64,000 nucleotides of DNA from an uncultured Candidatus Saccharibacteria bacterium (GCA_964357635.1 CAYHLZ010000001.1:44917-108916), one strand, 5' to 3'; positions 1-10,692 are shown, counted from the first letter of the stretch. The notes: generated by a model not told the origin, from the sequence alone. Program-made: numbers and translations.

Positions 1-1157
1 GTGGTACCAAAGATGGCACGATGATTCTCAAAAAAACAGCCTCTGGAATAGAGATGCCACTCTCTAAAAATATTAAAGGCAGATTTCTTGCTACAGATCT
101 TTTGGATGGTGAGTCTGTGTTGTTTAAACGTGGACACCTTATTACCAACTCGGACGCGAAGGTAGTTGATAAAACCTCAATAGAATCTGTTAATGTCCGT
201 TCACCACTTACCTGTAAGTCTACGCGCGGGCTTTGTGTGAAGTGCTACGGCGTGGATCTTGGAAACAATAAGCCAGTTGAGCTTGGAGAAGCGGTGGGTA
301 CTGTGGCCGCTCAAGCTATTGGTGAACCAGGAACACAGCTTACGATGCGTACGTTCCACGCTGGTGGTGTTGCTTCAGCCGGAGGCGACATTACTGCGGG
401 TCTTCCACGTGTTGAAGAAATATTTGAAAAACGCAAACCAAAGAGTCCAGCAGTTATTAGTCATATGGACGGGGTGGTTACCGAGGTTAAAACCCTTGGT
501 CATGATAGGTTGATAGTGGTAACGCCAGAAGTCGGTGAGGTAAAGGCAAAAAAACTTGATAATGAATATACTGTTCAATCCTCCAGAACTCTTTTGGTGA
601 AAGTGGGTCAGTCTGTAAAGAAGGGTGATGTTATGACTGATGGTTCGGTAGACCTAGATGAACTTTTCCGATATGCAGGTAGAGAAAAAACCGAAAAATA
701 CATTATCCATGAGGTTTCAAAACTCTATGAACTTCAGGGTGCTGCCGTATCCCACAAACACATTGAGTTAATCGTGCGCCAAATGTTTGGTCGTCGCAAA
801 ATTAAAGTCTCTGGGGACACTCGCTTTACTCGTGGTGATGTGGTTGAGAACTCAAGATTTATAGAAAATAACAAGCAAATAAAAGAGAAAGACGGAGAGG
901 AAGCAACTGCTGATGCTGTTATTATGGGTATTACTGAAGTCTCGCTCTCCCGTGCTAGTTTCCTTTCGGCTGCATCATTTCAGCATACGCCTCGAGTACT
1001 CATTCAGGCCGCTATTCGAGGCGCAGAAGATACTCTTATCGGTCTGAAAGAGAATGTAATCATTGGTCGTCTTATTCCCGCTGGTACCGGTTTTAAAAAT
1101 GGGTACAAAGAAAAATTAATATGCGAGGCAATGTTGACACAATCAAAGAAAGATTAG
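1..1157 (+). CDS. rpoC: DNA-directed RNA polymerase subunit beta' (C-terminal part; gene continues upstream of window)
   Basis: ORF 21..1157 translation contains trigger-loop/bridge region GEAVGTVAAQAIGEPGTQLTMRTFHAGG and the C-terminal IIGRLIPAGTGF motif typical of RpoC. No upstream start in window, so partial. Confidence 0.9.
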   Translation, partial: GTKDGTMILKKTASGIEMPLSKNIKGRFLATDLLDGESVLFKRGHLITNSDAKVVDKTSIESVNVRSPLTCKSTRGLCVKCYGVDLGNNKPVELGEAVGTVAAQAIGEPGTQLTMRTFHAGGVASAGGDITAGLPRVEEIFEKRKPKSPAVISHMDGVVTEVKTLGHDRLIVVTPEVGEVKAKKLDNEYTVQSSRTLLVKVGQSVKKGDVMTDGSVDLDELFRYAGREKTEKYIIHEVSKLYELQGAAVSHKHIELIVRQMFGRRKIKVSGDTRFTRGDVVENSRFIENNKQIKEKDGEEATADAVIMGITEVSLSRASFLSAASFQHTPRVLIQAAIRGAEDTLIGLKENVIIGRLIPAGTGFKNGYKEKLICEAMLTQSKKD

Positions 1158-2740
1158 ATATCGCCGAAATCATTTCGGGATATGTCAAACTGCAAAAAGC
1201 AGGGAATAGTTTAAAAGCCTGTTGCCCTTTCCATAAGGAAAAAACTCCATCTTTCTTTGTTTCCCCAGTACGCCAAAGTTTTTATTGTTTTGGTTGTGGT
1301 GCTAAGGGTGATATTTTTTCTTTTGTAGAAGCGATGGAGGGTTTGGATTTTCGTGGCGCTCTTAAACTTCTAGCAGAAAAAGCTGGAGTGGAACTTGAAT
1401 ATGTAAGCCAAACTGAATCAAAGACGGAGAAAGACAAGATTTTCAGTGCCCTAGAAAGCGCAACAGAGTTCTTTGAAAAAAAATTAACAGAAAATAAATT
1501 AGCTAGAGAATATCTTAATTCTCGAGGCATAAGTAGTGAGACTGTCCGAGCTTTCCGTATCGGTTACGCTCCGGCCGAGTGGCGTCTACTCTTTGAGCAT
1601 CTTCAAAGCATTGGCCACGATAGAGCGATAATTCTCAAGGCTGGACTCGCTAAAACTAGCGAGGAAAGTACAACTAATACACCTTATGATGTTTTCCGAG
1701 ACCGTGTCGTTTTCCCCATGGCCGATGTGAACGGCAGGGTTATAGCCTTTTCTGGTCGAGCTCTATCCAAAGAAACAGAACCCAAATACCTAAACAGTCC
1801 AGACACCGTACTTTTCACCAAAAGCGAGGTACTCTACGGTCTAGATAAGGCCAAAGACTCTATACGCAAAAAGGACTATACGGTGCTCGTTGAAGGTCAG
1901 ATTGATTTGGTTTTATCCCATCAGGCGGGAGTTACAAATACTGTTGCCTCATCAGGTACCGCCTTTACCCGCATGCACTTGGAACGCCTCAAGCGGTTTT
2001 CTTCTAGGATAATACTTGCGTTTGACGGTGATCTTGCTGGAGAAAAGGCAGCAGAAAGAGCAAGTGAATTGGGTATTTCCTTAGGCATGGAGGTGAAAGT
2101 GGCAAATTTGCCGAGAAATAGTGATCCAGCAGAGGTTATAGAGAAAGATCCTAAAGCATGGAAGGACATCCTTAGAGAGTCCTTGCCGGCAATAGAATTT
2201 TTCTTTAATAAAGTCGCTGAAATGGAGAAGGATCCAAGAAAACTTGGCAAGCAAATTGAGAAAAAGATTTTACCAATGCTCAAGCTTATCGGGAGCTCAA
2301 TTGAGCAGTCACACTTTATTTCAATGCTTGCCAAGCGTACCGGCATAAAGGAGGAAATACTCTGGGAAGATCTAAAGAAAGTAAAAATAGCTGATATTGG
2401 GGCAACCATAAATTCTGTTTCAAGGTCAGAGAGCGTAACAGAAAAAATTCCATCTATTTCTCATAGAGAACAAATAGAAGAACGCTTGGCCGAAATAAAA
2501 CTTTGGCGCAAGGAGTTATCTGGTTCTGGAGAGGAGGCAGATCTTATCAAGAAAGAAGAGATTGAACTTGGAGATAATCTCTCAAGTTTAGTTTTAAGAG
2601 AAAGTTTAAATAAGTTATCTCTTGAGCTTAGAGAGGCAGAGAAAGCAAAAAGCATTAATTTGGTCGAGAATTTAACAGCTAAAATTCAGACAGTACACGG
2701 TCAAATGAGGGCTCTCGAGGAAAAGAAGAAAATATTGTAG
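1121..2740 (+). CDS. dnaG: DNA primase
   Basis: N-terminal zinc-ribbon [11 protein letters not shown]...[15 protein letters not shown] segment [10 protein letters not shown]...[11 protein letters not shown]. Overlaps rpoC stop by 37 nt. Gene order rpoC-dnaG-rpoD. Confidence 0.9.
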   Translation: MRGNVDTIKERLDIAEIISGYVKLQKAGNSLKACCPFHKEKTPSFFVSPVRQSFYCFGCGAKGDIFSFVEAMEGLDFRGALKLLAEKAGVELEYVSQTESKTEKDKIFSALESATEFFEKKLTENKLAREYLNSRGISSETVRAFRIGYAPAEWRLLFEHLQSIGHDRAIILKAGLAKTSEESTTNTPYDVFRDRVVFPMADVNGRVIAFSGRALSKETEPKYLNSPDTVLFTKSEVLYGLDKAKDSIRKKDYTVLVEGQIDLVLSHQAGVTNTVASSGTAFTRMHLERLKRFSSRIILAFDGDLAGEKAAERASELGISLGMEVKVANLPRNSDPAEVIEKDPKAWKDILRESLPAIEFFFNKVAEMEKDPRKLGKQIEKKILPMLKLIGSSIEQSHFISMLAKRTGIKEEILWEDLKKVKIADIGATINSVSRSESVTEKIPSISHREQIEERLAEIKLWRKELSGSGEEADLIKKEEIELGDNLSSLVLRESLNKLSLELREAEKAKSINLVENLTAKIQTVHGQMRALEEKKKIL

Positions 2741-2801
2741 AATAAAGAACACTTTTGTGACCCTTCGACAAACTCAGGGTCATGGTGAGCTAAGTCGAAC
2801 C

Positions 2802-4025
2802 ATGAAAAAATCAAACAAAAAACACAATAAAAAAAAGACAGTTTCTAAAAAAAGGCGGGCTAAAAGCGCGTCAAAAAAGTCTCACAAAAAGGGTAAAAAA
2901 GTATCTTCGGCAAAAGGTAAGTCAAAACTGAAGTCAAAATTACTAATTAAAAAAAGGGTTAACGATGCTCTCAGGACGGAGCATCTCGTTACTCGTGGCA
3001 AAGAACGCGGTTTTGTTACCTACGACGAAATTTTAAAAGAATTTCCAAACATTGAGACAGATATTGTTTTTCTCGACGAACTTTACGATAAGCTCAACAC
3101 GCTTGGAGTAGATGTTCTTGAGGGTGGAGGATTACTAGAAATGCCAGAAGAAAAAACAGGTAAGCACTACGCCTATTCTAGAGGCGACTCATCTTATGAC
3201 TCAATTCAAATGTATCTTAGAGAAATTGGACAATATCCACTTATTGCGGGCTCAATGGAGAAGGAGTTAGCCAAAAGAATTGAGGCTGGAGATATGGACG
3301 CCAAGAACTTATTAATGAAGGCAAACTTGCGTCTAGTAGTCTCCATTGCCAAGAAATACGCCAACCGTAGCCCCGATCTTACCCTTCTTGATCTTATTCA
3401 AGAAGGAAATCTAGGGCTTCATAAGGCGGTAGAAAAGTTTGATTGGACCAAGGGATTTAAATTTTCAACCTACGCAACTTGGTGGATTAGACAAGCAATC
3501 ACTCGAGCTCTTGCTGACCAGTCTAGAACCATTCGTGTACCAGTGCATATGGTAGAGACTATCGCCAAATATAAACAAGTTGTCCGACGCCTAACCCAAG
3601 ACCTCGGTCGTGAACCCCTACAAGAAGAGATTGCCTTAGAAATGAACCTAGATGTGGAGAAAATATATCATATTGAAAAGATTGACCAATCAACAGTTTC
3701 TCTAGAAAGTCCCGTAGGAGATGACGGAGATGATGGTAAGAGCAAGCTCGGGGATTTTCTTGCCGATGACAAAATTCTTTCTCCGGACCAAGATTCTTCA
3801 AGAAGAATTGTCTCTGACCAAGTAAAAGAAATTTTAGGTGACCTCCCTCCAAAGGAAAGAAAAATTCTTGAAATGCGCCATGGACTTACCGATGGCTACA
3901 CCCACACCCTTGAAGAAGTTGGCAAGGTTTTTGGAGTTACTAGAGAGCGTATTAGACAGATTGAGGCTAAGGCACATGAGAAAATTCGTCAGCACGAGAA
4001 GATAAATAGACTGAGAGGTTACTAA
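2802..4025 (+). CDS. rpoD: RNA polymerase primary sigma factor (sigma-70 family) with lysine-rich N-terminal tail
   Basis: Regions 2-4 recognisable: [40 protein letters not shown] (2.x), [13 protein letters not shown] (3.0), C-terminal [29 protein letters not shown] at 2802 preceded by GGTGAG; alternative in-frame GTG start at 2757. Confidence 0.85.
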   Translation: MKKSNKKHNKKKTVSKKRRAKSASKKSHKKGKKVSSAKGKSKLKSKLLIKKRVNDALRTEHLVTRGKERGFVTYDEILKEFPNIETDIVFLDELYDKLNTLGVDVLEGGGLLEMPEEKTGKHYAYSRGDSSYDSIQMYLREIGQYPLIAGSMEKELAKRIEAGDMDAKNLLMKANLRLVVSIAKKYANRSPDLTLLDLIQEGNLGLHKAVEKFDWTKGFKFSTYATWWIRQAITRALADQSRTIRVPVHMVETIAKYKQVVRRLTQDLGREPLQEEIALEMNLDVEKIYHIEKIDQSTVSLESPVGDDGDDGKSKLGDFLADDKILSPDQDSSRRIVSDQVKEILGDLPPKERKILEMRHGLTDGYTHTLEEVGKVFGVTRERIRQIEAKAHEKIRQHEKINRLRGY

Positions 4026-4040
4026 TAAACCAGAAAAACA

Positions 4041-5546
4041 ATGGTCATATCCAAATCAGAATTCATGCTTTTTCTGAAGCATCCTGCTTGGTTGTGGTTG
4101 AAAAAGTACGACAAAGATAAATTACCAGTGCCAGACGAAGCTCTGCAGGCGCTTTTTGACGAAGGTACTCTATTTGAGAAATATGCTGAAAAACTTTTTC
4201 CAAACGCAGTAAGACTTGGTTACAAAAAAGAAGATGGCGATTTTAGTGGCACCAAGTACTACGCCTTACCAGACCTGACAGCAAAAGAAATAGAGAAGGG
4301 AACTGAAGTGATACTCCAAGGTAGATTAGAGACAAACAATACCACAGCCATATTTGACGTTTTGGAGAGAGTGGATAAAAAGACTTTTGACTTGTATGAA
4401 ATAAAGTCCTCAACGAGTGTAAAACCAGAACACATTCCCGACCTAGCTTTCCAAACCACTGTGCTTGAGAAGTCAGGGTTTTCTGTACGAAACATGTTTG
4501 TTTTACATGTAAATAATAAGTATGTTCGAGATGGCGAAATTGACTCATCACTTATCACTCAAAAGACAGATGTAACCACCGAGGTGCGCGATAGTCTTCC
4601 AGAAACAGAAGAGAATATCCAGAAAGCCTTTAATATTCTTAAGGAAAAGAAAATGCCCGACCTTTCTCCACGTCACCTCAAACAGGTTGGAGGCACGCTG
4701 GAAGAGTGGCTCTCAATTATTCAAGCTGTAAAAGGAGAGTTGCCACATTACAGTATTTATAAACTCTCTGGTCTAGATCCAAAAACACTTGGTTGGCTTG
4801 AGGATAATGGTATTGAGCTACTTCATGACATTCCACTTGATGGTCCACTTACAGAAAAGCAGATGAGACAAGTTTTGGCTATGAAGTCCGGAACCCAACA
4901 CATTAATAGAGAAGAAATTAAAAATTTTATTGACGCCTTAGAGTATCCGCTCTATTTTCTGGATTACGAGACGCTCTCTGGAGTGATACCGGCTTTTGAC
5001 GGTTACCGTCCATACCAGCAAGTGCCGTTTCAATATTCTCTCCATATCTTAGATAAACCAGAAGGAAAATTGACTCACAAAGAATATTTACACATGGAAA
5101 ACAGTGATCCAGTACCAGAACTTCTTCAACATCTCCACAATGATTTTGGCGCTAAGGGTTCTGTAATATCGTGGTATATGACTTTTGAAAAAAGCAGAAA
5201 TACTGAAATGGGTAAGATGCATCCAAAATACGAAAAATTTCTATCGGGAATCAACGAGAGGATGGCTGATCTTATGGTACCTTTTTCTAAAGGTTGGTTT
5301 GTAGATAAAGATTTTTTCGGACGAGCTTCAATAAAGTCGGTTCTACCAGCCCTTCTGCCAGAGTTAAGCTATAAAGAATTAAACATTTCACATGGTGGTC
5401 AAGCCCAACGAGTGTGGATGCAAACTATTTTGGAAGCTAAAAATACGGAGAAAAAGCTCCAAATAATGGATGACCTCAGAAAGTACTGCACCTTAGACAC
5501 TCACGCCATGTACGCGATTCTCAAATATATTGAAGCGAAAGTTTGA
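4041..5546 (+). CDS. DUF2779-like protein: N-terminal PD-(D/E)xK-type nuclease motif plus C-terminal RNase H-like (DEDD-like) domain
   Basis: Motif FDLYEIKSS (D..E-x-K) in N-terminal half. C-terminal YFLDYETLSGVIPAF...YQQVPFQYSLHIL resembles the FLDFET block of DUF2779/3'-5' exonuclease-like folds. Assignment from memory of family signatures. Confidence 0.5.
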   Translation: MVISKSEFMLFLKHPAWLWLKKYDKDKLPVPDEALQALFDEGTLFEKYAEKLFPNAVRLGYKKEDGDFSGTKYYALPDLTAKEIEKGTEVILQGRLETNNTTAIFDVLERVDKKTFDLYEIKSSTSVKPEHIPDLAFQTTVLEKSGFSVRNMFVLHVNNKYVRDGEIDSSLITQKTDVTTEVRDSLPETEENIQKAFNILKEKKMPDLSPRHLKQVGGTLEEWLSIIQAVKGELPHYSIYKLSGLDPKTLGWLEDNGIELLHDIPLDGPLTEKQMRQVLAMKSGTQHINREEIKNFIDALEYPLYFLDYETLSGVIPAFDGYRPYQQVPFQYSLHILDKPEGKLTHKEYLHMENSDPVPELLQHLHNDFGAKGSVISWYMTFEKSRNTEMGKMHPKYEKFLSGINERMADLMVPFSKGWFVDKDFFGRASIKSVLPALLPELSYKELNISHGGQAQRVWMQTILEAKNTEKKLQIMDDLRKYCTLDTHAMYAILKYIEAKV

Positions 5547-5550
5547 AGAG

Positions 5551-6252
5551 TTACCTAAGAAGTGCGTCAATTTTACTTTTTACCATATCAATGGGTTCAG
5601 CTCCATTTATTACTGTTTTCTTACCATCGCGAGTGATAATGACAGAGTAAGGAGTTCCTCGTGCACCTGCTTTTACTGCTTCCTCCACACTCTTTGAGAT
5701 AAATTCAGCATGTCTGCCACTTGAGAGACAGGTATTAAATGCTGATTCATTGAGACCGATAGCTGTGGCAATCTTTGGCAACTCTTTTGCGTCAAGTGAG
5801 TCGTTGGAGTTTGTTGTTAAGAAAAGTTTGTCTATATACTTCCAGAAAGCTTGATTACCGCCGAGCTCATTAGCACATTCTGTGGCTTCTGCTTCTTTAG
5901 GTGCCTTAGCATGTAGTTGGACTATAGGAAAATGTCTGTAAACCCAAGAAACCTTACCGGCGTAGTCACGAACGACCTGCTGCATGGTTTGGTGGAAAAC
6001 CTTACAAAAAGGACATTCAGTATCTGAATATTCAACGATTACTAACTCTGCGCTACTACTGCCCAAGATGTGGTCTTTAGCAGTTACCGGAGCGACATCA
6101 ATTTCAGTTGTAGATGGATTTTCTGCCCTTTGGGTGAGTGTGCCAGTGCTGCTACCTCCAAAGTAAATTGCGGCTGCTATAAAGGCACCAGCTACCACAA
6201 TTGCGAGAGGTACGAGGTGTCTATTGAGAGGGCTTTGTTCCATGTTATCCAT
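5551..6252 (-). CDS. DsbA-family thiol:disulfide oxidoreductase, membrane-anchored
   Basis: N-terminal hydrophobic segment then thioredoxin-fold active site TECPFCKVFH (CxxC). Confidence 0.7.
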   Translation of the reverse strand: MDNMEQSPLNRHLVPLAIVVAGAFIAAAIYFGGSSTGTLTQRAENPSTTEIDVAPVTAKDHILGSSSAELVIVEYSDTECPFCKVFHQTMQQVVRDYAGKVSWVYRHFPIVQLHAKAPKEAEATECANELGGNQAFWKYIDKLFLTTNSNDSLDAKELPKIATAIGLNESAFNTCLSSGRHAEFISKSVEEAVKAGARGTPYSVIITRDGKKTVINGAEPIDMVKSKIDALLR

Positions 6253-6286
6253 AATTTTATTTTATTGTTATGTTTATATTATAGCA

Positions 6287-6862
6287 CTAAAAAGGGAGAG
6301 AGAAAGTAAGTTTGTGGTCCTTTGGTTTCTCCCAACCACTCACATCTAATTTAATCTCATTTAAAGCCCCACCTTCTTTAAAAACAAGTTTTTTATTAGT
6401 GAGCGCATATTCATAAAGTTCTTTGGTAAGTCTAACGTCTTCTATACAGTAAGTGCGTACCCTTTCAACGTCTCCCGCCTTCCACCAGTTTATCGCATCA
6501 GCGCCACCACCTAATTTATTTCTACCAAGAGTACCTTCGGCAAGTTGATCTAAGCGCATTCGGCGTCCATAAGAATCTTTTATTTCTTTCAAGATATCTA
6601 AGCTTCTTATTTTTGTTAAGTCTCCTGGGTAGTATTTGTTAAGTAGCGGGATGTCAAAATGGTCAGAATTGAATCCAATAAGCACATCCGCTCTCTCTAT
6701 AATTGGCCAAAGTTTTTTTAACTCCTCTTCTACATATGAAGAGTAAGAGTCTGTATCTGAATCATAGATAGCCACCAAGGCAATATCCAAGAGCGCGGGA
6801 TCATTTTTCCCTACATCAGAAAAAAAGTTCTTAGTCTCTATGTCAAAAACTATTTTACGCAT
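6287..6862 (-). CDS. RNase H-like DEDD-type 3'-5' exonuclease domain protein
   Basis: Motifs IVFDIETKNF (Exo I), FNSDHFDIPLL (Exo II), YCIEDVRLTKELY (Exo III, DEDDy type). Start overlaps stop of upstream hisS-like gene by 8 nt. Confidence 0.55.
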   Translation of the reverse strand: MRKIVFDIETKNFFSDVGKNDPALLDIALVAIYDSDTDSYSSYVEEELKKLWPIIERADVLIGFNSDHFDIPLLNKYYPGDLTKIRSLDILKEIKDSYGRRMRLDQLAEGTLGRNKLGGGADAINWWKAGDVERVRTYCIEDVRLTKELYEYALTNKKLVFKEGGALNEIKLDVSGWEKPKDHKLTFSLPF

Positions 6863-7619
6863 ATGGACCTAGTTTGTGTGTTTCAAGGAAGTCTCGAATA
6901 GTGACATCTCCCATACCAAAACCAACCGCACTTACTGCCGCCACGTCAAACATTTCCAGAAGATTGTCATATCTTCCACCCCCAGCAATAGCTCGGGTAT
7001 TTTCTTTGTTGGCATCAAATATTTCAAAGACCATTCCCGTGTAGTATGTCTGTCCTCTCGCTAGAGTTGAGTCAAAGACAAAATTAGGGCCTATTTCCTT
7101 GAAGTCATCTATGTTGGCATTGTTGATTCTTACTTCAAAATCTTCGTTTCTGGCTCCAAACCCTTTCATTACAGCGCAAGCAAGCGAAAGAATCTCTTTG
7201 TCTCCTTTTACCCCCTCTACACCCAAAAGGTCGCAATTTAGCTGCCAATGTTCTCGCCTTCTTCCTTTCTGCGGTCGTTCATAACGAAACAAATTTGGTA
7301 TAGAGTACCATCGTAATGGAAATTTTAGACTTTTTCTCCTGGCAGCTACCATACGGGCAAGGGTGGGGGTCATTTCTGGGCGTAATGTAACCGACCTGTC
7401 ACCTCTGTCAGTAAAGGTAAATGTTTGTTCGTTTATTATCTCCGCTCCTGATTTTTCAGAATAAATTTCGGTTGGCTCTAAAATTGAGGCGCCATATTCT
7501 ACGTATCCAAAGCTTTCCGAAACCTTTCTCCACGTGTTGAAGATATGGTTCTGGATAGCCATATCCTCAGGATATAAGTCCCTAACACCCTTGTAGGGTC
7601 CTGTATCAAGTTTTGACAT
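6855..7619 (-). CDS. Histidyl-tRNA synthetase-like minimal catalytic core (no anticodon-binding domain, shortened insertion region)
   Basis: Class II aaRS motif 2 FRYERPQKGRRREHWQ and HisRS motif 3 AIAGGGRYDNLLEMFD present. Protein is only 254 aa and ends right after the catalytic core. Confidence 0.7.
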   Translation of the reverse strand: MSKLDTGPYKGVRDLYPEDMAIQNHIFNTWRKVSESFGYVEYGASILEPTEIYSEKSGAEIINEQTFTFTDRGDRSVTLRPEMTPTLARMVAARRKSLKFPLRWYSIPNLFRYERPQKGRRREHWQLNCDLLGVEGVKGDKEILSLACAVMKGFGARNEDFEVRINNANIDDFKEIGPNFVFDSTLARGQTYYTGMVFEIFDANKENTRAIAGGGRYDNLLEMFDVAAVSAVGFGMGDVTIRDFLETHKLGPYA

Positions 7620-7626
7620 AGAAACA

Positions 7627-9435
7627 TTATACCGCCTTTCTCTGAGCTTTTGAACGTTCCTGCTGTGTCAAAAGAATTTTACGTAGACGCACAGCGGTTG
7701 GAGTGATTTCTATATATTCGTCCTCTCCCATAATCTCCATTGCCCGTTCAATATCAAGTTTGTATGCGGGAGTGAGATAAATACTTTCATCGGAGCCAGA
7801 GGCGCGCATATTGGAGAGTTGTTTTGCTTTTGTTGGGTTGACGTAAAGATCTTCACCCTTAGACGTATTACCTACAACTTGTCCGGCATAAATCTCATCG
7901 GCTGGTTCTATATACAAAACACCTCTATTCTGCAAATTATCAAGCGCAAATGCGAGTGCCTTACCGCTCTCCATAGATATCATTGAACCGCTCTTTTCAT
8001 GTTTCATTTCCCCCGCATACGGTTTGAACGCAATGAATCTGGATGAAAGAATACCAAGACCTTTAGTATCTATGACGAACTGATTACGATAGCCCAAAAG
8101 TCCTCTAGTCGGCGCCTCAAAAATAATACGGGTTTGTCCTTCAGTCGTTTTCATATCAACCATGATGGCTCTGCGCTCTGTTAGTTTTGAAATAACTGTA
8201 CTTGCCATATCTTCTGGCACGTCAACAGTAACTTCTTCAAATGGTTCTAGTCTTACGCCGTTTTCTTCTTTTTCCAAAACGTGAGGTTGTGAGACCTGGA
8301 GCTCAAATCCTTCTCGGCGCATATTTTCAAGGAGAATAGCTATGTGCAATTCACCTCTGCCATAAACTGTTAGAACCTCGCCAGCTGTAAAATTAACCTT
8401 GAGACCAACATTTACCTCAAGTTCTCTCTCTAGTCGCTCACGAATTTGGCGCCCTGTAACAAACTTGCCAACTCGTCCCGCGAAAGGTGAATCGTTAACA
8501 ACAAAGTTAAGAGAAATTGTGGGCTCATCTACAAGAATGGCGGGCATAGCCGGAATATTTTCACTACCCGTGATGGTATCTCCAATATAAATTTCAGGTA
8601 AACCGGCAAGCATACAGATATCTCCAGTGACTGCCTCACTTACTTCTTTTCTGGTTAACCCTTCAAAGGTGTAGAGCTTACTAACTTTACCCGCATAAGT
8701 TTCCCCATTTGGTTTTTTCACATAAACTTTTTGGCCATCCTTTAGGGTGCCTTCATAAATACGTGCGATAGCCAAACGTCCCAAGAAGTTATCGTAAGCT
8801 AAGTTAAAGGGTTGAGCACGAAGATTTTCAGGTTTACTTGTTTCCGCTTCTGTAAAAACTGGTGGCACGTGTTCTAAAATACAATCTAGTAGAGGGGTCA
8901 AATCTTTTGATTCATCAGTTAAGTTTTTCTTGGCGATACCTTCTCGACTTATGGAATAGACAGTGGGGAAGTCAATCTGCTCATTGTTGGCCCCAAGTTC
9001 TATAAAAAGTTCAAGCACTTCTTCATGTACCGCTTCCGGTCTGGCCGCTGGTTTATCAATTTTATTTATTACTACAATCGGTTTGAGGCCAAGCTCTAAA
9101 GATTTTTTCAAAACAAAACGAGTCTGTGGCATTGGACCCTCTTGGGCGTCTACCACTAGGAGCACTGTGTCTATAGAGCGTAAGACTCGTTCCACTTCGG
9201 AGCCGAAATCAGAGTGACCGGGCGTATCAACAATATTGATTTTAGTCTTTTTAAAGAAGACTGAAGTATTTTTTGCATAAATAGTAATACCGCGTTCTAG
9301 TTCAAGAGCGTTTGAGTCCATAGACACACCCTCGCTTGCAACCCCAGTTTGGCGCATAAGCGCATCTGTTAGTGTGGTCTTGCCGTGGTCAACGTGGGCG
9401 ATAATAGCTATGTTCCTTATTTCCATAAGGCGCAA
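7627..9435 (-). CDS. typA: Translational GTPase TypA/BipA
   Basis: G1 AHVDHGKTTL, DTPGHSDF, NKIDK; overall EF-G-like architecture of ~600 aa typical of BipA. Confidence 0.92.
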   Translation of the reverse strand: MRLMEIRNIAIIAHVDHGKTTLTDALMRQTGVASEGVSMDSNALELERGITIYAKNTSVFFKKTKINIVDTPGHSDFGSEVERVLRSIDTVLLVVDAQEGPMPQTRFVLKKSLELGLKPIVVINKIDKPAARPEAVHEEVLELFIELGANNEQIDFPTVYSISREGIAKKNLTDESKDLTPLLDCILEHVPPVFTEAETSKPENLRAQPFNLAYDNFLGRLAIARIYEGTLKDGQKVYVKKPNGETYAGKVSKLYTFEGLTRKEVSEAVTGDICMLAGLPEIYIGDTITGSENIPAMPAILVDEPTISLNFVVNDSPFAGRVGKFVTGRQIRERLERELEVNVGLKVNFTAGEVLTVYGRGELHIAILLENMRREGFELQVSQPHVLEKEENGVRLEPFEEVTVDVPEDMASTVISKLTERRAIMVDMKTTEGQTRIIFEAPTRGLLGYRNQFVIDTKGLGILSSRFIAFKPYAGEMKHEKSGSMISMESGKALAFALDNLQNRGVLYIEPADEIYAGQVVGNTSKGEDLYVNPTKAKQLSNMRASGSDESIYLTPAYKLDIERAMEIMGEDEYIEITPTAVRLRKILLTQQERSKAQRKAV

Positions 9436-9465
9436 TTAAAGCACAAAACTCGGCTTAAAACAAGA

Positions 9466-10020
9466 TTACCTCTCCTGAAACCCCCCATTTCTGTAGGTAA
9501 ATTGTTTGGAGGTTAGGACGGTTGGTTCTGCTGCTAGAGCCTCATCGGACTTACGGTCTAAGTATTTTACGGTTGCAGTGCTTCCGTTTACTGAGATAGA
9601 TTGGGGAGTAACTCTATCACCGATAAAAACAGCTTCTGTGCCACGGTAAGTCACTGGCCCAGAGACAACAGCTGCCAAATATATAAATGTTCCAGAGCCC
9701 GCACCATATCGAGCGAGAAGAAGTAAGGTATCTTCTTTACCGTCAGAGTTTATATCTCCATAAGCAAATTTATCCAACAAAAGAGTTTCTTCCATGACCG
9801 CACTACCAGGAACAACAGCCTCTTCGCTTTGTCCGTCTCTCAAGGTGACGGCTTCTCCGTCAAACGTAAAAGTTGCATTTGACGGATCTCTTCTAACTTC
9901 GCCATCCTCATTTAGCACAGGAACCCCAGTCTTGTTGACAGAGTTACCACGTACTAGGAAATAAACAGCTACCAAAACAACTATCACCAAAATAGCCAAA
10001 TAAAATTTTCTTTTTCTCAT
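9466..10020 (-). CDS. Hypothetical membrane-anchored protein
   Basis: N-terminal TM helix LAILVIVVLVAVYFLV. No recognisable catalytic motif. Confidence 0.4.
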   Translation of the reverse strand: MRKRKFYLAILVIVVLVAVYFLVRGNSVNKTGVPVLNEDGEVRRDPSNATFTFDGEAVTLRDGQSEEAVVPGSAVMEETLLLDKFAYGDINSDGKEDTLLLLARYGAGSGTFIYLAAVVSGPVTYRGTEAVFIGDRVTPQSISVNGSTATVKYLDRKSDEALAAEPTVLTSKQFTYRNGGFQER

Positions 10021-10168
10021 TGATTAAATTCTAACACACTAGAACAAAAAGGAGCCTAAAAATGTCAAATATGTGCTTATGACAAGTTCGGGGATATCCT
10101 GTTGAGTAAGTGTGTATAACAGCATGTTATAATCAAATAGTTATAACTTAATAAGCAATAGGGTAAAT

Positions 10169-10687
10169 ATGAAAACACATTACGGATATAAAAAGGTTTT
10201 ATTTTTAGGAATCTTGGTTATGGGGCTAATGGTGCTCGGTGCTTTGATGGTTTCAGCAAATACTTCTGAAGACTACAACGAACCAGTAAAGGTCAAGACC
10301 GAGGACAGCGTGGTCCACAAAGACAAGTCTTCTGAAGGATCAAGACTCGGACTCTCTATAAACCAATCAGGATCTGTTCAGTTCAGTGGAGCAAAATTTG
10401 TTTCTCTTTCTGGTTCCAGTGTTTCAGTTACAGTCTCTGGACTTCCTTTGACTATCAACACCAACTCAAATACTCAAATTGTGGGAGTTGCAGGTCTTAC
10501 CGATATTGCTTCTAGTGATATCATTTCTGGAAAAGGAACTATTGACTCATCAAACGGAGTTATTACCGCATCACTTCTTAGAGACGAATCCCAATCATCA
10601 GTAAGGATTGCTGATCTTGAGAAACAAATTCAATCTCTTCTTGAGCAGCTTCGTAAACTTCAAGCTCAATTCAACAGTATTAGGTAA
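10169..10687 (+). CDS. Hypothetical secreted protein with C-terminal coiled coil
   Basis: Signal-peptide-like N-terminus, Ser/Thr-rich body, C-terminal heptad-like LEKQIQSLLEQLRKLQAQF. Confidence 0.4.
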   Translation: MKTHYGYKKVLFLGILVMGLMVLGALMVSANTSEDYNEPVKVKTEDSVVHKDKSSEGSRLGLSINQSGSVQFSGAKFVSLSGSSVSVTVSGLPLTINTNSNTQIVGVAGLTDIASSDIISGKGTIDSSNGVITASLLRDESQSSVRIADLEKQIQSLLEQLRKLQAQFNSIR

Positions 10688-10692
10688 AAATA

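Noticed and set aside
259-2655. Short ORFs antisense or out of frame inside rpoC and dnaG (259..513, 375..578, 1282..1530, 1921..2409, 2461..2655)
   Set aside because: Fully embedded in long, motif-rich conserved genes; typical shadow ORFs.
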